NCBI GenBank assembly: GCA_965218435.1
Contig: CBDCKW010000009.1
Span: 2,144,001-2,208,000, forward strand
Length of the DNA stretch: 64,000 nt
From: Truepera sp.
Lineage (GTDB): Bacteria > Deinococcota > Deinococci > Deinococcales > Trueperaceae
Direction: 5' to 3'
The translations under genes and the position numbers were made by a program. The notes under the pieces were generated by a model. It did not search any database. It was not told the origin of the DNA and was given only the letters and a program-made list of their open reading frames with translations. Below are positions 49,386 through 59,614 of the stretch, in pieces. How positions within the stretch are numbered: the first letter of the stretch is position 1; each line of letters starts with the position of its first letter.

Positions 49386-50591
49386 ATGATACGCTTTGCA
49401 CGCCTCATTTTATGGTCGGCTGTGCTTTTGGCTCTCAGCGTTGTCGGACTGGTCATTTTTCTCTGGATTCGGCATAGTCGCGCCGTTATATTGCCTACGC
49501 CAACCGGCCCCTACGGTGTTGGCAGAATGGAATACGACTGGGTAGACACATCACGTGTAGATACCTTCGCTGCGCCTGCTCGCCAGAAACGTAAACTGCC
49601 GGTTTGGATTTGGTATCCGGCTGACCCTTCAGCGAAGGGTGAACCTGCCCCGTATCTTCCACCCGCCTGGTTGCGGGCTCGAGCAGACAGAGACTTAGGC
49701 GCATTCCTGATGCAAAACCTCGCTGCCGTCTATCCCCACGCACACCATTATGTTTCTTTATCTGCACAGCAACGCCGGTATCCGGTTCTGGTCATGCAAC
49801 CCGGCTTGGGGCCACTCTTGGCTGACTACACCGCGTTAGCTGAAGAACTCGCCAGTCGCGGCTATATCGTAGTGGGCAGCACACCACCCTACAGCGCCAG
49901 TGTGGTTGTTTTTGGGGATGGACAGGTTGTGCGCGGCACGTCAGCGGGGAACGTCCCGGATACCGCCACGCCTACAGAAGCTAAACGTGTGCTTGGTCAA
50001 CTTATTAAAGTATGGGCTGCGGACGACCGGTTTATCTTCGACCAACTGACAAGGCTTAACCTAGCTTCTCCGAACACCATATTTACCGGTCGGCTGGATT
50101 TGCGAGCTATTGGCCTTTTAGGACACTCTTTCGGTGGGGCAACAGCAGCCGAAGTGTGCCACCTGGACGCGCGTTGCAAAGCTGGCGTTGACCTCGACGG
50201 GTACCCGTATGGTGACGTGGTGCAAACGGGCTTAAAGCAGCCGTTTATGTTTGTCTGGAGCGAGCCCGAGCCAGCGGACGCAGGCTGGCAGCAAGCTATG
50301 CGTGATGTACGGGCCATTTACACACGTCTGAAGCACGGCGGCTACCAACTTACCATTAGGGGTACAAGGCACTTCAACTTTTCTGATTACGCGCTGATGT
50401 TTTCACCCGTCCTAAAAATGCAAGGTGGGATGGGCACTATTGACGGGCAGCGAGGCTTGACGATCACCGAGGATTACGTGCGGGCATTTTTTGACACATA
50501 TCTTAAACACACCTATCTCAAACATCTGAAGGCTCCCCTGCTTACCGGGTCAGTCACCCGCTACCCCGAAGTTAAGCTCGAGTCCAGGTAG
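49386..50591 (+). CDS. Alpha/beta hydrolase (PAF-acetylhydrolase-like) with N-terminal membrane anchor
   Basis: PTGPYGVG, LASRGYIV, GHSFGG and HFNFSD motifs. Confidence 0.85.
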   Translation: MIRFARLILWSAVLLALSVVGLVIFLWIRHSRAVILPTPTGPYGVGRMEYDWVDTSRVDTFAAPARQKRKLPVWIWYPADPSAKGEPAPYLPPAWLRARADRDLGAFLMQNLAAVYPHAHHYVSLSAQQRRYPVLVMQPGLGPLLADYTALAEELASRGYIVVGSTPPYSASVVVFGDGQVVRGTSAGNVPDTATPTEAKRVLGQLIKVWAADDRFIFDQLTRLNLASPNTIFTGRLDLRAIGLLGHSFGGATAAEVCHLDARCKAGVDLDGYPYGDVVQTGLKQPFMFVWSEPEPADAGWQQAMRDVRAIYTRLKHGGYQLTIRGTRHFNFSDYALMFSPVLKMQGGMGTIDGQRGLTITEDYVRAFFDTYLKHTYLKHLKAPLLTGSVTRYPEVKLESR

Positions 50592-50652
50592 TAGGTCGCA
50601 GCTCACACAGAACGAACAGCTACCCGACTTGGCGTTGCGGTACAGTCAGAGT

Positions 50653-51909
50653 GTGACCCGATCTACTGCTACTCAAGCTGACGCCGCCCTCGCCCACAGG
50701 CTCACCTGGGTACTCTTTACCGCCCAAGCCTTTGGCTCCGCCGGATTCATCGCCGCCGCGACGATTGCCTCGGTTGCTGGCGCTCAGCTGAGCGGCCGTG
50801 AAGCTTGGGCCGGAGTGCCGTCAGCTGCTTTTTTGCTCGGGTCGGCTTTGGCAGCGTACGTGTGGAGCGTAGTCATGGACGCGCTCGGACGGCGTACCGG
50901 GTTAGTTTTAGGGCTTTGGACGGGCGTCTTCGGTGCGCTGATCGCAGCGTGGGCACTCGTGCAGGGGTCGTTTGGCTTGCTGCTGGTGGGCTTACCGCTG
51001 ATGGGGAGCGCACAAGCGGCGCTGCAGCTAGGCCGCTTTGCCGCCGCTGAAGTCAGTCCGGTGGCGCTACGGGGACGCGCCATCTCGAACGTCGTGCTGG
51101 GCGGCACGGTCGGGGCTATTGTCGGGCCGCTGTTGGTCGGGCCGATGGGTGCGTGGAGCCTGCAGCTGGGTTTACCTGAACTGACCGGCGCTTACGCGGC
51201 AAGTGCCGGGATGTTCGTCTTAGCACTCGTTGTCGTCTTTGCGCTGCTGCGACCCGACCCTCGTGATGTAGGCCGCCGGCTTGCTCTTAACACACCTGAC
51301 ACGGAAGATACTAGAGCAGCGAGGCCGCTAGGCGTGATTTTACGGCAACCTGCGGTGATCGCTGCCATCTCAGCGATGGTTTTCGGGCAGGTGGTGATGG
51401 TCATGCTGATGGTGATTACAGCCTTGCACATGACCCATCACGGGCACGCCTTGACGAGCATTTCAGCGGTCATCTCGTCGCATACGCTCGGCATGTACGC
51501 CTTTTCGGTCTTGTCCGGCAGGCTGACCGACCGTTGGGGACGGGCACCGGTCATCTTGACGGGGGCCGGAACGCTGCTGCTTGCGTGCCTATTAGCGCCG
51601 CTTTCGCCGCAGGTGTTACCGCTGGCTGCGTCGCTCTTTCTCCTTGGCTTAGGCTGGAACTTTTGCTTTGTCGGGGGCTCGAGCCTCCTCTCCGACAACC
51701 TCTCACCGGCTGAACGCTCCCGGACGCAAGGCGTCAACGACCTGTTGTTGGGTCTCGCCTCGGCAACCGGCAGCCTCGGGAGTGGCGTTGTTTTTGCGAG
51801 CGTCGGCTACGCGGCGATGGGCTTGGTTGGAGCCACCGTTGCACTTTTACCGCTCTTTCTAACACTGTGGTGGTGGCGCTGCAGCCGTCCCCGACTGGCT
51901 GAGGCGTGA
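50653..51909 (+). CDS. MFS transporter
   Basis: MDALGRRTG, GRLTDRWGR and about 12 hydrophobic helices. Confidence 0.9.
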   Translation: MTRSTATQADAALAHRLTWVLFTAQAFGSAGFIAAATIASVAGAQLSGREAWAGVPSAAFLLGSALAAYVWSVVMDALGRRTGLVLGLWTGVFGALIAAWALVQGSFGLLLVGLPLMGSAQAALQLGRFAAAEVSPVALRGRAISNVVLGGTVGAIVGPLLVGPMGAWSLQLGLPELTGAYAASAGMFVLALVVVFALLRPDPRDVGRRLALNTPDTEDTRAARPLGVILRQPAVIAAISAMVFGQVVMVMLMVITALHMTHHGHALTSISAVISSHTLGMYAFSVLSGRLTDRWGRAPVILTGAGTLLLACLLAPLSPQVLPLAASLFLLGLGWNFCFVGGSSLLSDNLSPAERSRTQGVNDLLLGLASATGSLGSGVVFASVGYAAMGLVGATVALLPLFLTLWWWRCSRPRLAEA

Positions 51910-52616
51910 CGACGTTAGACTTGGGGACCTTCCTCTCTGAGTTTTTGTTAGCCGATCAGTTTACTGACGACCAGAACGGCTTTTATCGCGCGTCTCCTGA
52001 GGCCGAACAAAGAGAGATTAAAAAGCTGGGGTTGGCACTCGAGCCCTGGCCCGGTATCACCGACTGGCTAGCGCAAAACAAACTTGACGCCCTCTTTTTA
52101 CACCGTCCCTGGAAGCTGGGCCGAACGCCTAAAGGTGTCGGTGTACTGGCGTATCACTACGCGTTTGATGAACGTTTGACGACCGGGTATAACCCGCTCT
52201 TAGCTGAAGTCTTGGAGATGTCCGAGCCCGAGGTTTTAGGCCATAAAGACGGAAGGCCACTGGGCATGATCGGGAACGTGCCAAACGCATCTTTTACGGC
52301 GTTTCAAGCTCAGGTCGAAGCTGAGTTCGGCGGGCTCGAGGGTGTTTACGGCGCGAACACAGGCGAGGTGACGCGGGCGTGCGTCGTCGGGGCGATGCGT
52401 CCGGCCCTGATTTACGAAGCGGCGGAGCGGGGCGCACAGGTTTACCTGACGGGTCAGTACCGTAAGGGCGCGGCGCAAGCGGTGAGTGAAACCGGCGTGG
52501 GAGTGCTCGAGCTCGGTCACGAACGCAGCGAAGTCTGGGGGCTTAGGGCGCTGGCGCGGGTTCTAGAAGCGGAGTTCGGGCTCGAGGTCGTCTTACCCAC
52601 GCAAGCGCGTATTTGA
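51906..52616 (+). CDS. NIF3-like dinuclear metal-centre protein
   Basis: LFLHRP, YHYAFD, YLTGQ and LGHERSEVWG motifs. Confidence 0.8.
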   Translation: MTTLDLGTFLSEFLLADQFTDDQNGFYRASPEAEQREIKKLGLALEPWPGITDWLAQNKLDALFLHRPWKLGRTPKGVGVLAYHYAFDERLTTGYNPLLAEVLEMSEPEVLGHKDGRPLGMIGNVPNASFTAFQAQVEAEFGGLEGVYGANTGEVTRACVVGAMRPALIYEAAERGAQVYLTGQYRKGAAQAVSETGVGVLELGHERSEVWGLRALARVLEAEFGLEVVLPTQARI

Positions 52617-52695
52617 TCTCTACTGCTTACTCCTTACTTATAGAAAAGTACACAGCGCGACGCAAAAACTCGTATTCCGGGCGTAAACTCCCTTT

Positions 52696-53247
52696 ATGAC
52701 TCAAATCTCAAACCTCGAAGTAACGACGCTGGCAGGCGGCTGTTTTTGGTGCCTGGAGGCGGTATATCAGCAGCTCCCCGGCGTCGAGAAGATCGTCTCG
52801 GGTTATATGGGCGGCTCGCAAAAGAATCCGACTTACGAAGCGGTCTGCCGTGGTACCACCGGTCACGCCGAAGTCGTGCAGCTCACCTTCGATCCGAACA
52901 AAGTCAGCTTTGAAGAGATTTTAGGCGTGTTTTTTAGCATCCACAACCCCACCACGCTCAACCGGCAAGGTGCGGACGTCGGCACCCAGTACCGCTCGGC
53001 GATCTTTTATCATAACGATGAACAGCGTAAAACTGCCGAGGCGATGATCGCTCGGCTCGAGCAGGGCGACATCTGGACGGGTGTCGTGACTGAAGTTTTG
53101 CCCGAAGAAGCCTTTTACGAGGCCGAAGCGTATCACCAAAACTACTACCGGAACAACCCGTACCAGCCCTACTGTATGGCGATTGTCGCGCCGAAGGTCT
53201 CGAAGTTTCGCAAAAATTACCTGAGCCGGTTAGAGCACGCGAGCTAG
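52696..53247 (+). CDS. msrA: Peptide-methionine (S)-S-oxide reductase
   Basis: AGGCFWC, GTQYRSAIF and AEAYHQNYY motifs. Confidence 0.96.
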   Translation: MTQISNLEVTTLAGGCFWCLEAVYQQLPGVEKIVSGYMGGSQKNPTYEAVCRGTTGHAEVVQLTFDPNKVSFEEILGVFFSIHNPTTLNRQGADVGTQYRSAIFYHNDEQRKTAEAMIARLEQGDIWTGVVTEVLPEEAFYEAEAYHQNYYRNNPYQPYCMAIVAPKVSKFRKNYLSRLEHAS

Positions 53248-53277
53248 CGTCATCTTAGCCTCTGCGCCACTTAATCC

Positions 53278-53313
53278 TAAGTGAGATAATAAGTGAGATA
53301 ATAAGTGAGATAA
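53278..53313. repeat. Tandem repeat (TAAGTGAGATAA)x3
   Basis: Three perfect 12-bp units in an intergenic region. Confidence 0.9.
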
Positions 53314-53390
53314 ACCGGGCCACCACCTGAGCTGCCCTAGTAAACTCGAAGTTCAGGTGGCGGTTTTTCGCCGCTTCGACACTAGGTTTT

Positions 53391-53672
53391 GTGAGAGCAA
53401 GTGGAGGCGTTATCTTAAAACCCGTCGGCACCACCGCAGAACGTGCAGCGTGGTGGTCTCTCAAAATCAGCGAGATGGTGAGGCTCGAGTCCGGTCTCCG
53501 CGCCCGGATTCCTGCTGGAGCGGCGCTCTGCATCTTGCCCAACGACGACCCCGAAGTCGCGCGTCACAACTTGTTAGCGACTGAAGCGTACCCTGGCGAG
53601 ATTGTGCTGCTGATCGTCACCGGTGGGCCGGAACAGCCTGAAGTGATCGTCTGGCAAGACGACATGCTTTAG
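53391..53672 (+). CDS. Small hypothetical protein, possibly a degenerate dUTPase-like fold
   Basis: VRLESGLRARIPAG and YPGEIVLLIV segments. Confidence 0.5.
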   Translation: MRASGGVILKPVGTTAERAAWWSLKISEMVRLESGLRARIPAGAALCILPNDDPEVARHNLLATEAYPGEIVLLIVTGGPEQPEVIVWQDDML

Positions 53673-53897
53673 TGCCGAGCTTGGATTCTGCTAAGCTTCT
53701 GGTTGCAGGCGTTTGTTATAGGTCGTGGGTTACAGGGAAGAAGTAAGAATATAGGAGTCAGTAGTCAGAACACAGCATTTAGAAAGCAAAGAGCAACGTA
53801 GCCTAGTTCGTCCTAAAACCGAGACAAACGACACCTTAAGACACCCCAAAACTGACGCCGGACCTCCGGGTATGATGGGACATATCTGGAGGTTTTT

Positions 53898-55541
53898 ATG
53901 ACACACGCCGGTAAACCCGCCCCCGACGAACTCCTGGCTAACGTCCCCCGCCTCGTCGCGGCGTATTACACCACGCAACCCGACCCCGAAAATCCTGCCC
54001 AACGCGTCTCGTTCGGCACGTCTGGACACCGTGGTACGTCCCTTTCGGGAAGCTTTAACGAAGCGCATATCTTAGCGGTGACACAGGCCCTCTGCGAGTA
54101 CCGGCAGAGCGCAGGCGTGACCGGGCCACTGTTTGTCGGGATGGACACGCACGCGCTTTCTGAACCTGCGCTGATGAGCGCAACCGAGGTGCTTGCAGCC
54201 AACGGCGTGACGGTCATGCTCCAAGAAGGTCGTGGCTACACCCCGACCCCGGCTGTGTCACACGCGATTTTAGGGTATAACCGGGGACGCAAAGACGGCC
54301 TTGCGGACGGCGTGGTCATCACCCCGTCGCACAACCCACCTGAAGACGGCGGCTTTAAGTACAACCCGCCCTCCGGTGGTCCCGCCGATACGGACGTCAC
54401 CAAGCAGATTGAGACGCGGGCGAATGAACTGTTGCAGCGCGGGCTCGAGGATGTCAAACGCATCCCGTTTGAGCGGGCGCTAAAGGCCGACACCACGCAC
54501 ATGTTCGACTTTGTCAAGCCTTATGTAGACGATTTAGGGACCATCATTGATATGGACGCGGTGGCGAACGCAGGTCTTGACCTCGGTGTTGACCCGTTGG
54601 GCGGCGCGAGCGTTGGGTACTGGGAGCCGATTGCGGAGCGTTACGGGCTGGGCTTAAACGTCGTCAACCCGAGCGTTGATCCCAGATTTGCGTTTATGAG
54701 TGTGGATAAAGACGGCAAAATTCGGATGGACTGCTCGTCGCCCTACGCGATGGCCGGACTGATTGGGCTCAAGGACGACTTCGACCTCGCCTTTGGCAAC
54801 GACCCCGACGCCGACCGGCACGGCATCGTCACGAAAAGCAGCGGGCTCTTAAATCCGAACCACTACTTGTCGGTCGCGGTCAATTACCTCTTTCAAAACC
54901 GTCCGGGGTGGCGGAGTGACGCGGCGGTGGGCAAGACTTTGGTCTCGAGCTCGATGATTGACCGGGTGGCGGCTAGGCTCGGGAGGAAGCTCGAGGAAGT
55001 TCCCGTCGGGTTCAAGTACTTCGTCTCGGGCCTCCTCGACGGCGCTTACGGCTTCGGCGGCGAAGAGTCGGCGGGCGCGTCGTTTCTACGGCAAGACGGC
55101 ACCGTCTGGACGACCGACAAAGACGGCCTCATCATGGACCTCCTGGCTGCTGAAATTTTAGCCAAAACGGATCGCGACCCCGGCGAGCATTACCAGGACT
55201 TGGAAAACGAATTCGGCGCACCTGTCTACGCCCGCACCGACGCCCCAGCAAACGCTGAACAAAAAAAAGTTCTCGCCGACCTCTCCCCCGATCAGGTGAC
55301 AGCCGACACCCTGGCGGGCGACGCGATTACCGCCAAACTGACCCGCGCCCCGGCCAACGACGCCCCGATTGGCGGTCTCAAGGTCGTTACCGAGTCGGGT
55401 TGGTTCGCGGCGCGGCCTTCGGGAACCGAAGAGATTTACAAAATCTACGCCGAGTCGTTTAGGGGCGAAGCGCACCTTAAAGAGATTCAGAACGAGGCGC
55501 AAGACATCGTTCGGGGTGCGTTTGAGCAAGCTGGGTTATAA
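53898..55541 (+). CDS. pgm: Phosphoglucomutase
   Basis: [28 protein letters not shown] and RPSGTE motifs. Confidence 0.96.
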   Translation: MTHAGKPAPDELLANVPRLVAAYYTTQPDPENPAQRVSFGTSGHRGTSLSGSFNEAHILAVTQALCEYRQSAGVTGPLFVGMDTHALSEPALMSATEVLAANGVTVMLQEGRGYTPTPAVSHAILGYNRGRKDGLADGVVITPSHNPPEDGGFKYNPPSGGPADTDVTKQIETRANELLQRGLEDVKRIPFERALKADTTHMFDFVKPYVDDLGTIIDMDAVANAGLDLGVDPLGGASVGYWEPIAERYGLGLNVVNPSVDPRFAFMSVDKDGKIRMDCSSPYAMAGLIGLKDDFDLAFGNDPDADRHGIVTKSSGLLNPNHYLSVAVNYLFQNRPGWRSDAAVGKTLVSSSMIDRVAARLGRKLEEVPVGFKYFVSGLLDGAYGFGGEESAGASFLRQDGTVWTTDKDGLIMDLLAAEILAKTDRDPGEHYQDLENEFGAPVYARTDAPANAEQKKVLADLSPDQVTADTLAGDAITAKLTRAPANDAPIGGLKVVTESGWFAARPSGTEEIYKIYAESFRGEAHLKEIQNEAQDIVRGAFEQAGL

Positions 55542-55626
55542 ACTTCGTTACGGCATATTAGGGTCTAACTTGTCACGATGAGACCCCAATTTGTTGGTAA
55601 GTGCTGCAAAGTGGCAGAATGGGGCT

Positions 55627-55818
55627 ATGCCAAACCGCGACGAGCTAAATACAGACGTTCCAAAAGAAAGCGTTACAAATGTAGAGATTCCCATCACCAA
55701 TACCGACGAGGACTTTCCTGATTCTTGGAACGACGAATCAGGGGACTATTCACATAATGAGCCGGAGGCCGAGCCACTCGCCGACCCGTCGCCACTGGAC
55801 CCCGGCCAACTGCTTTAA
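55627..55818 (+). CDS. Small acidic hypothetical protein
   Basis: 63-aa D/E/P-rich ORF. Confidence 0.45.
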   Translation: MPNRDELNTDVPKESVTNVEIPITNTDEDFPDSWNDESGDYSHNEPEAEPLADPSPLDPGQLL

Positions 55819-55876
55819 GGCGGGACATCTATGTTGGTCATCTTCTCTTTACGCCCGCTTGACGACCTCAACCCCG

Positions 55877-57706
55877 TTACGACCTAAGCTGCTGATCTAA
55901 AAAACTAACGATAGCGGGATAAGCCACCAGCTTATTGGCGAGCTTGACCAGGCCGTGCCCTTCGTCGCTAAAGACTAGAAACTCTGTTTCGACGCCTCTG
56001 GCCTCGAGCGCCCCCACCAGCTGCTCAGCTTCACCGAGCGGCACCCGTGGGTCGTTCGCGCCGTGGATGACCATCAGGGGTGCCTCGAGCTTACCGATGT
56101 GACTTAGCGGTGAGATGTCTTCTAAAAACGTCCGGTCTTCTGCCAGACTGCCGTACTCCGCCTCCCGGTGTGCGCGGCGGTAACCGCTGGTGTTTTCCAA
56201 AAACGTGACGAAGTTGCTGATGCCTACGATGTCAACACCTGCCGCGAACAGCTCGGGGTAGGTCGTGAGCGCCGAGAGCACCATAAAGCCGCCGTAAGAA
56301 CCGCCGTAAACAGCGATCCGGTCTTTTGCTACAGCCGGTTGCGACGCAAGCCACTGAGCCCCATAAGCAAGGTCGGCAACCGAGTCCATGCGCTTTTCCA
56401 CATCGTCGAGGTGGCTGTAGCGGTTGCCGTAACCTGTCGAGCCGCGCACGTTGGGGACGAGCACCGCGTAACCGTGTTGAACGAGGTACTGGGCGAGAAA
56501 GTTGAGGGTCGGGCGCGACTGTCCTTCAGGGCCGCCATGGACAATCATGACGGCGGGCATGGGCTCGGTTTGGGCTTTGGGTTGGTAAAACCAGGCAGGA
56601 ATGTCTCTCTCGTCGAAGGTAGGGTAGTGAACGAGTTCTGGCGCGGTAAACGTGGTGGGTAAGAGACCGCCATGTGAGGAACACGTCACTATCTGCAAGG
56701 TGTCCGGCTCGAGGTTCCAGACATAGATGTCACTCGTCCGGGTGGCACCGTAAAAAGAGAAGGTTAGACGTTTCGAGTCAGCAGAGAAACTGAGCCGCGC
56801 GTCGAGCATGGCCGCGACGCCTAGCGCGTCCGCCGGGTCGGGTGCGCTGTGAGTGGTCTCCGTCACGAGGTCGTAGCGGTAGAGCTTGCCTGCGCCGCCC
56901 TCGTTGACGACGTACGCCAGCGTGCGGCTGTCCGGGGCGAGAGTCGCGCAGTCAACGTCCCAATTCGGTTGTACGAGCGGTGTGAACTCACCGGTTTCCA
57001 GCTCGAGGCGTGCGAGGTACAAAAAGTCGGAGTCCGAATCGGTGATAACAATAAGCGACCGGCCTTCACCGGTGTAGGCGACGGCGCTGTAACGCGCCGC
57101 AGCTGAAGACAGCAGACGGGCCGTACCTGACACGGTGTCAAGCTCGAGCAACTCGCTGAAGGAAGAACTTTGCGCTCTACTCAGGGTTACACGTTTTCCG
57201 TCAGGAGCCAAGATGACATCTTGAAGGTAACCGGGTACGTCATTTTCCCAAAGCAGTTCGGCTGGCTTACCGGGTGTTTGGACGTACAGGTCAAAGAGCA
57301 CCTTGTCTCGGCGGTTGGCAGCGAAGAAGAAACAGCTACCGTCCGCCGACCAGCTGCCGAAGGCGTGCATCGCCCCCTCAAACCTTCCGGTAAGCCTCAC
57401 CTCTTCCCCGGTTGCAGGGGTCAGCAAAAAGAGCTGAGCGTTCTCACTGCCGCCTTCATCTCTAGCAAAAATCAGCTTCGGTTCGTCCGGTACAGGCGAG
57501 AGCCAGACCCCCTGGACGCGGTCAGCTCCGAAGGTGAGTTGGTCAGGCCAGAGCGGTTCACCCTTCCCGATAGGTAAGCCGACGCGCCAGACTTGCGGGA
57601 GTCCGGTTTGGGTGCCCAGAAACACGAGGGTTTGACCGTCAGGAGCTAGGTTTGGGGCGTAAGCCGCGCTGATGTTGAGAAATTGGGCGATAGAAGCGTC
57701 CATCAC
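55877..57706 (-). CDS. S9 family (prolyl oligopeptidase-like) peptidase
   Basis: Propeller repeats; VHGGP, GGSYGG, GANDPRV and DEGHG motifs. Confidence 0.93.
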   Translation of the reverse strand: MMDASIAQFLNISAAYAPNLAPDGQTLVFLGTQTGLPQVWRVGLPIGKGEPLWPDQLTFGADRVQGVWLSPVPDEPKLIFARDEGGSENAQLFLLTPATGEEVRLTGRFEGAMHAFGSWSADGSCFFFAANRRDKVLFDLYVQTPGKPAELLWENDVPGYLQDVILAPDGKRVTLSRAQSSSFSELLELDTVSGTARLLSSAAARYSAVAYTGEGRSLIVITDSDSDFLYLARLELETGEFTPLVQPNWDVDCATLAPDSRTLAYVVNEGGAGKLYRYDLVTETTHSAPDPADALGVAAMLDARLSFSADSKRLTFSFYGATRTSDIYVWNLEPDTLQIVTCSSHGGLLPTTFTAPELVHYPTFDERDIPAWFYQPKAQTEPMPAVMIVHGGPEGQSRPTLNFLAQYLVQHGYAVLVPNVRGSTGYGNRYSHLDDVEKRMDSVADLAYGAQWLASQPAVAKDRIAVYGGSYGGFMVLSALTTYPELFAAGVDIVGISNFVTFLENTSGYRRAHREAEYGSLAEDRTFLEDISPLSHIGKLEAPLMVIHGANDPRVPLGEAEQLVGALEARGVETEFLVFSDEGHGLVKLANKLVAYPAIVSFLDQQLRS

Positions 57707-57743
57707 CCATACTACGTCTTACCGAACAGCGAACTGAGCGACG

Positions 57744-58397
57744 CTAGCTCGAGGAGGGTTTCGTCAGCTTGGTCAGCTGCCACATTCCTGACGCGCGGGT
57801 GACGACCGGCGTGTGACCGGCGCTGGTCGCCGCCCGCAAGAGCTGTTCCGGGTCGTGCAGAAAAAAGCGGTACTCCTGACCGAAGAGCCGCATACTGAAC
57901 GCGCAGACTTTCTGGAGCAGCGGCATAAACCAGAACGGTCTTGGATAGGTAAAGGCGAGCGTCCCCCGGCTGCACTGCGCCGCTTTTGTGAGCAGCGCCG
58001 TGGCGTCGGGATAGCAGCACACCACCCGGTCGAGCACGACTACATCGGCGGGCGCGTAGCGGCGCTCCGAAACGGCGAAATCATCTTGATAAAAAGCCGA
58101 CTTTGCGTCAACCCCGGCGTGCGCCGCCACCTGCCGCGCCGCACGCAGATAAGCTGCCGAAATGTCGACAAAAGTGCCACGGCCCGCGCCCTTTCTCAGC
58201 AAAGTCGTACCCACCGCGCCGATGCCGCAGCCGATATCGAGCACCGTCGCGCCGGAAGTGAGAGGCTCGAGCTCCGCGATGATGCTCCGCTGACGCCGGT
58301 TCAGCCCTCGACGCTGGTAAGCTTGCAGTTCCTGACGTACTAGCCGCCCGGTAAACACTCGGTTGAGACCGTTAGGGTCACAACAGTCCATACCCAT
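57744..58397 (-). CDS. Class I SAM-dependent methyltransferase
   Basis: VLDIGCGIG and DRVVCCYPD motifs. Confidence 0.85.
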   Translation of the reverse strand: MGMDCCDPNGLNRVFTGRLVRQELQAYQRRGLNRRQRSIIAELEPLTSGATVLDIGCGIGAVGTTLLRKGAGRGTFVDISAAYLRAARQVAAHAGVDAKSAFYQDDFAVSERRYAPADVVVLDRVVCCYPDATALLTKAAQCSRGTLAFTYPRPFWFMPLLQKVCAFSMRLFGQEYRFFLHDPEQLLRAATSAGHTPVVTRASGMWQLTKLTKPSSS

Positions 58398-58520
58398 AGT
58401 TTGTACCTGTAGTCCATACCCGTCAGCATAGGGCGCGGGACACAGCGCCGCAAGCTGTAGTTGACCAGCGTGTGGCCCGACAGCACCGAGCCGCGCGTCT
58501 AGCTCAACCCTAACTACCGG

Positions 58521-59441
58521 TCAAGGCAGCTTGTTGCCCGCCGCCAAGTAAACGCCGTACCACTCTTCGCGTGTAAGGTGAACGTCGCTCGCTCGGCAGC
58601 AGTCTTTCAGCCGCGTGAGGTTCATCGTGCCGGTAATCGGCTGCATCTTCGCCGGATGCCGTAACAGCCACGCCAGCGCCATCGTCGTATTGCTGACGCC
58701 GTAGTGCTCGGCTAGTTCGTCAATCTTCGCGTTGAGTTCCGGGAACTTGTCGCTGCCGAGAAACACCCCTTCAAAAAAGCCGTACTGAAAAGGCGACCAG
58801 GGCTGAATGGTGATTTTGTGTTTACGGCAGTAGTCGAGGATATAACCGTCGCGGTCAACGGCGGCGTCATTTTCCATGTTGACGTTAAAGCCGCTCGTAA
58901 TCATGGTGGCGTTGGTGATGCTCAGTTGGAGCTGATTGGCGACTAAAGGCTGCTCCACATAGTCTTTAAGCAAGTCGATCTGATGCGGATGCTGATTGCT
59001 GACGCCGAAATGCCGGACTTTACCGGCGCGTTCCAGTTCAGTAAAGGCCTCGGCTACTTCCTCAGGCTCTACCAGCGTGTCGGGGCGGTGTAAGAGCAGG
59101 ACGTCGAGATAGTCGGTTTTTAGGCGTTTAAGGCTGCCGTCAACCGACGCCAAGATGTGCTCTTTGGAAAAGTCGAACATCCCCGGCCGGATGCCGCACT
59201 TAGACTGGAGGATCACCTGTTCACGCACCTGAGCGTTCATGCCGAGAGCACCTGCAAAAATTTCCTCACAGGTACCGCCCCCGTAAACATCGGCGTGGTC
59301 GAAGAAGTTGGCACCTTCCTCGAGCGCCGTATGGACAAACCGTTCGGCCTCGGTTTTGTCCAGCGAATCAATCCGCATACACCCGACCGCCACGACCGGT
59401 ACGTCTAAATCACTTGTTCCCAGTTTGATCGTTCGCATCAT
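58521..59441 (-). CDS. Aldo/keto reductase
   Basis: FDHADVYG, LQSKCG, LLHRPD and GVSN motifs; ATG after GGAG. Confidence 0.92.
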   Translation of the reverse strand: MMRTIKLGTSDLDVPVVAVGCMRIDSLDKTEAERFVHTALEEGANFFDHADVYGGGTCEEIFAGALGMNAQVREQVILQSKCGIRPGMFDFSKEHILASVDGSLKRLKTDYLDVLLLHRPDTLVEPEEVAEAFTELERAGKVRHFGVSNQHPHQIDLLKDYVEQPLVANQLQLSITNATMITSGFNVNMENDAAVDRDGYILDYCRKHKITIQPWSPFQYGFFEGVFLGSDKFPELNAKIDELAEHYGVSNTTMALAWLLRHPAKMQPITGTMNLTRLKDCCRASDVHLTREEWYGVYLAAGNKLP

Positions 59442-59614
59442 CGTCTCCTTTTTTCCGTAAAAATTTGTACCGTAAAAAGCCCGGTGCCCTACCAAAGGGT
59501 TAAATCGTAGGTTGAGCTATCAGCAGCATACGGTTTCTTGCCAGAATACCGCGCCGGGTACCGCGTAAAACTCCAACAAATGCGACCCTGCAGCCTCGAG
59601 CCCCGCCCCACTAC

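Noticed and set aside
53278..53313. Repeats considered as a CRISPR array
   Set aside because: 12-bp units without spacers. No CRISPR array or cas gene was seen in the window.
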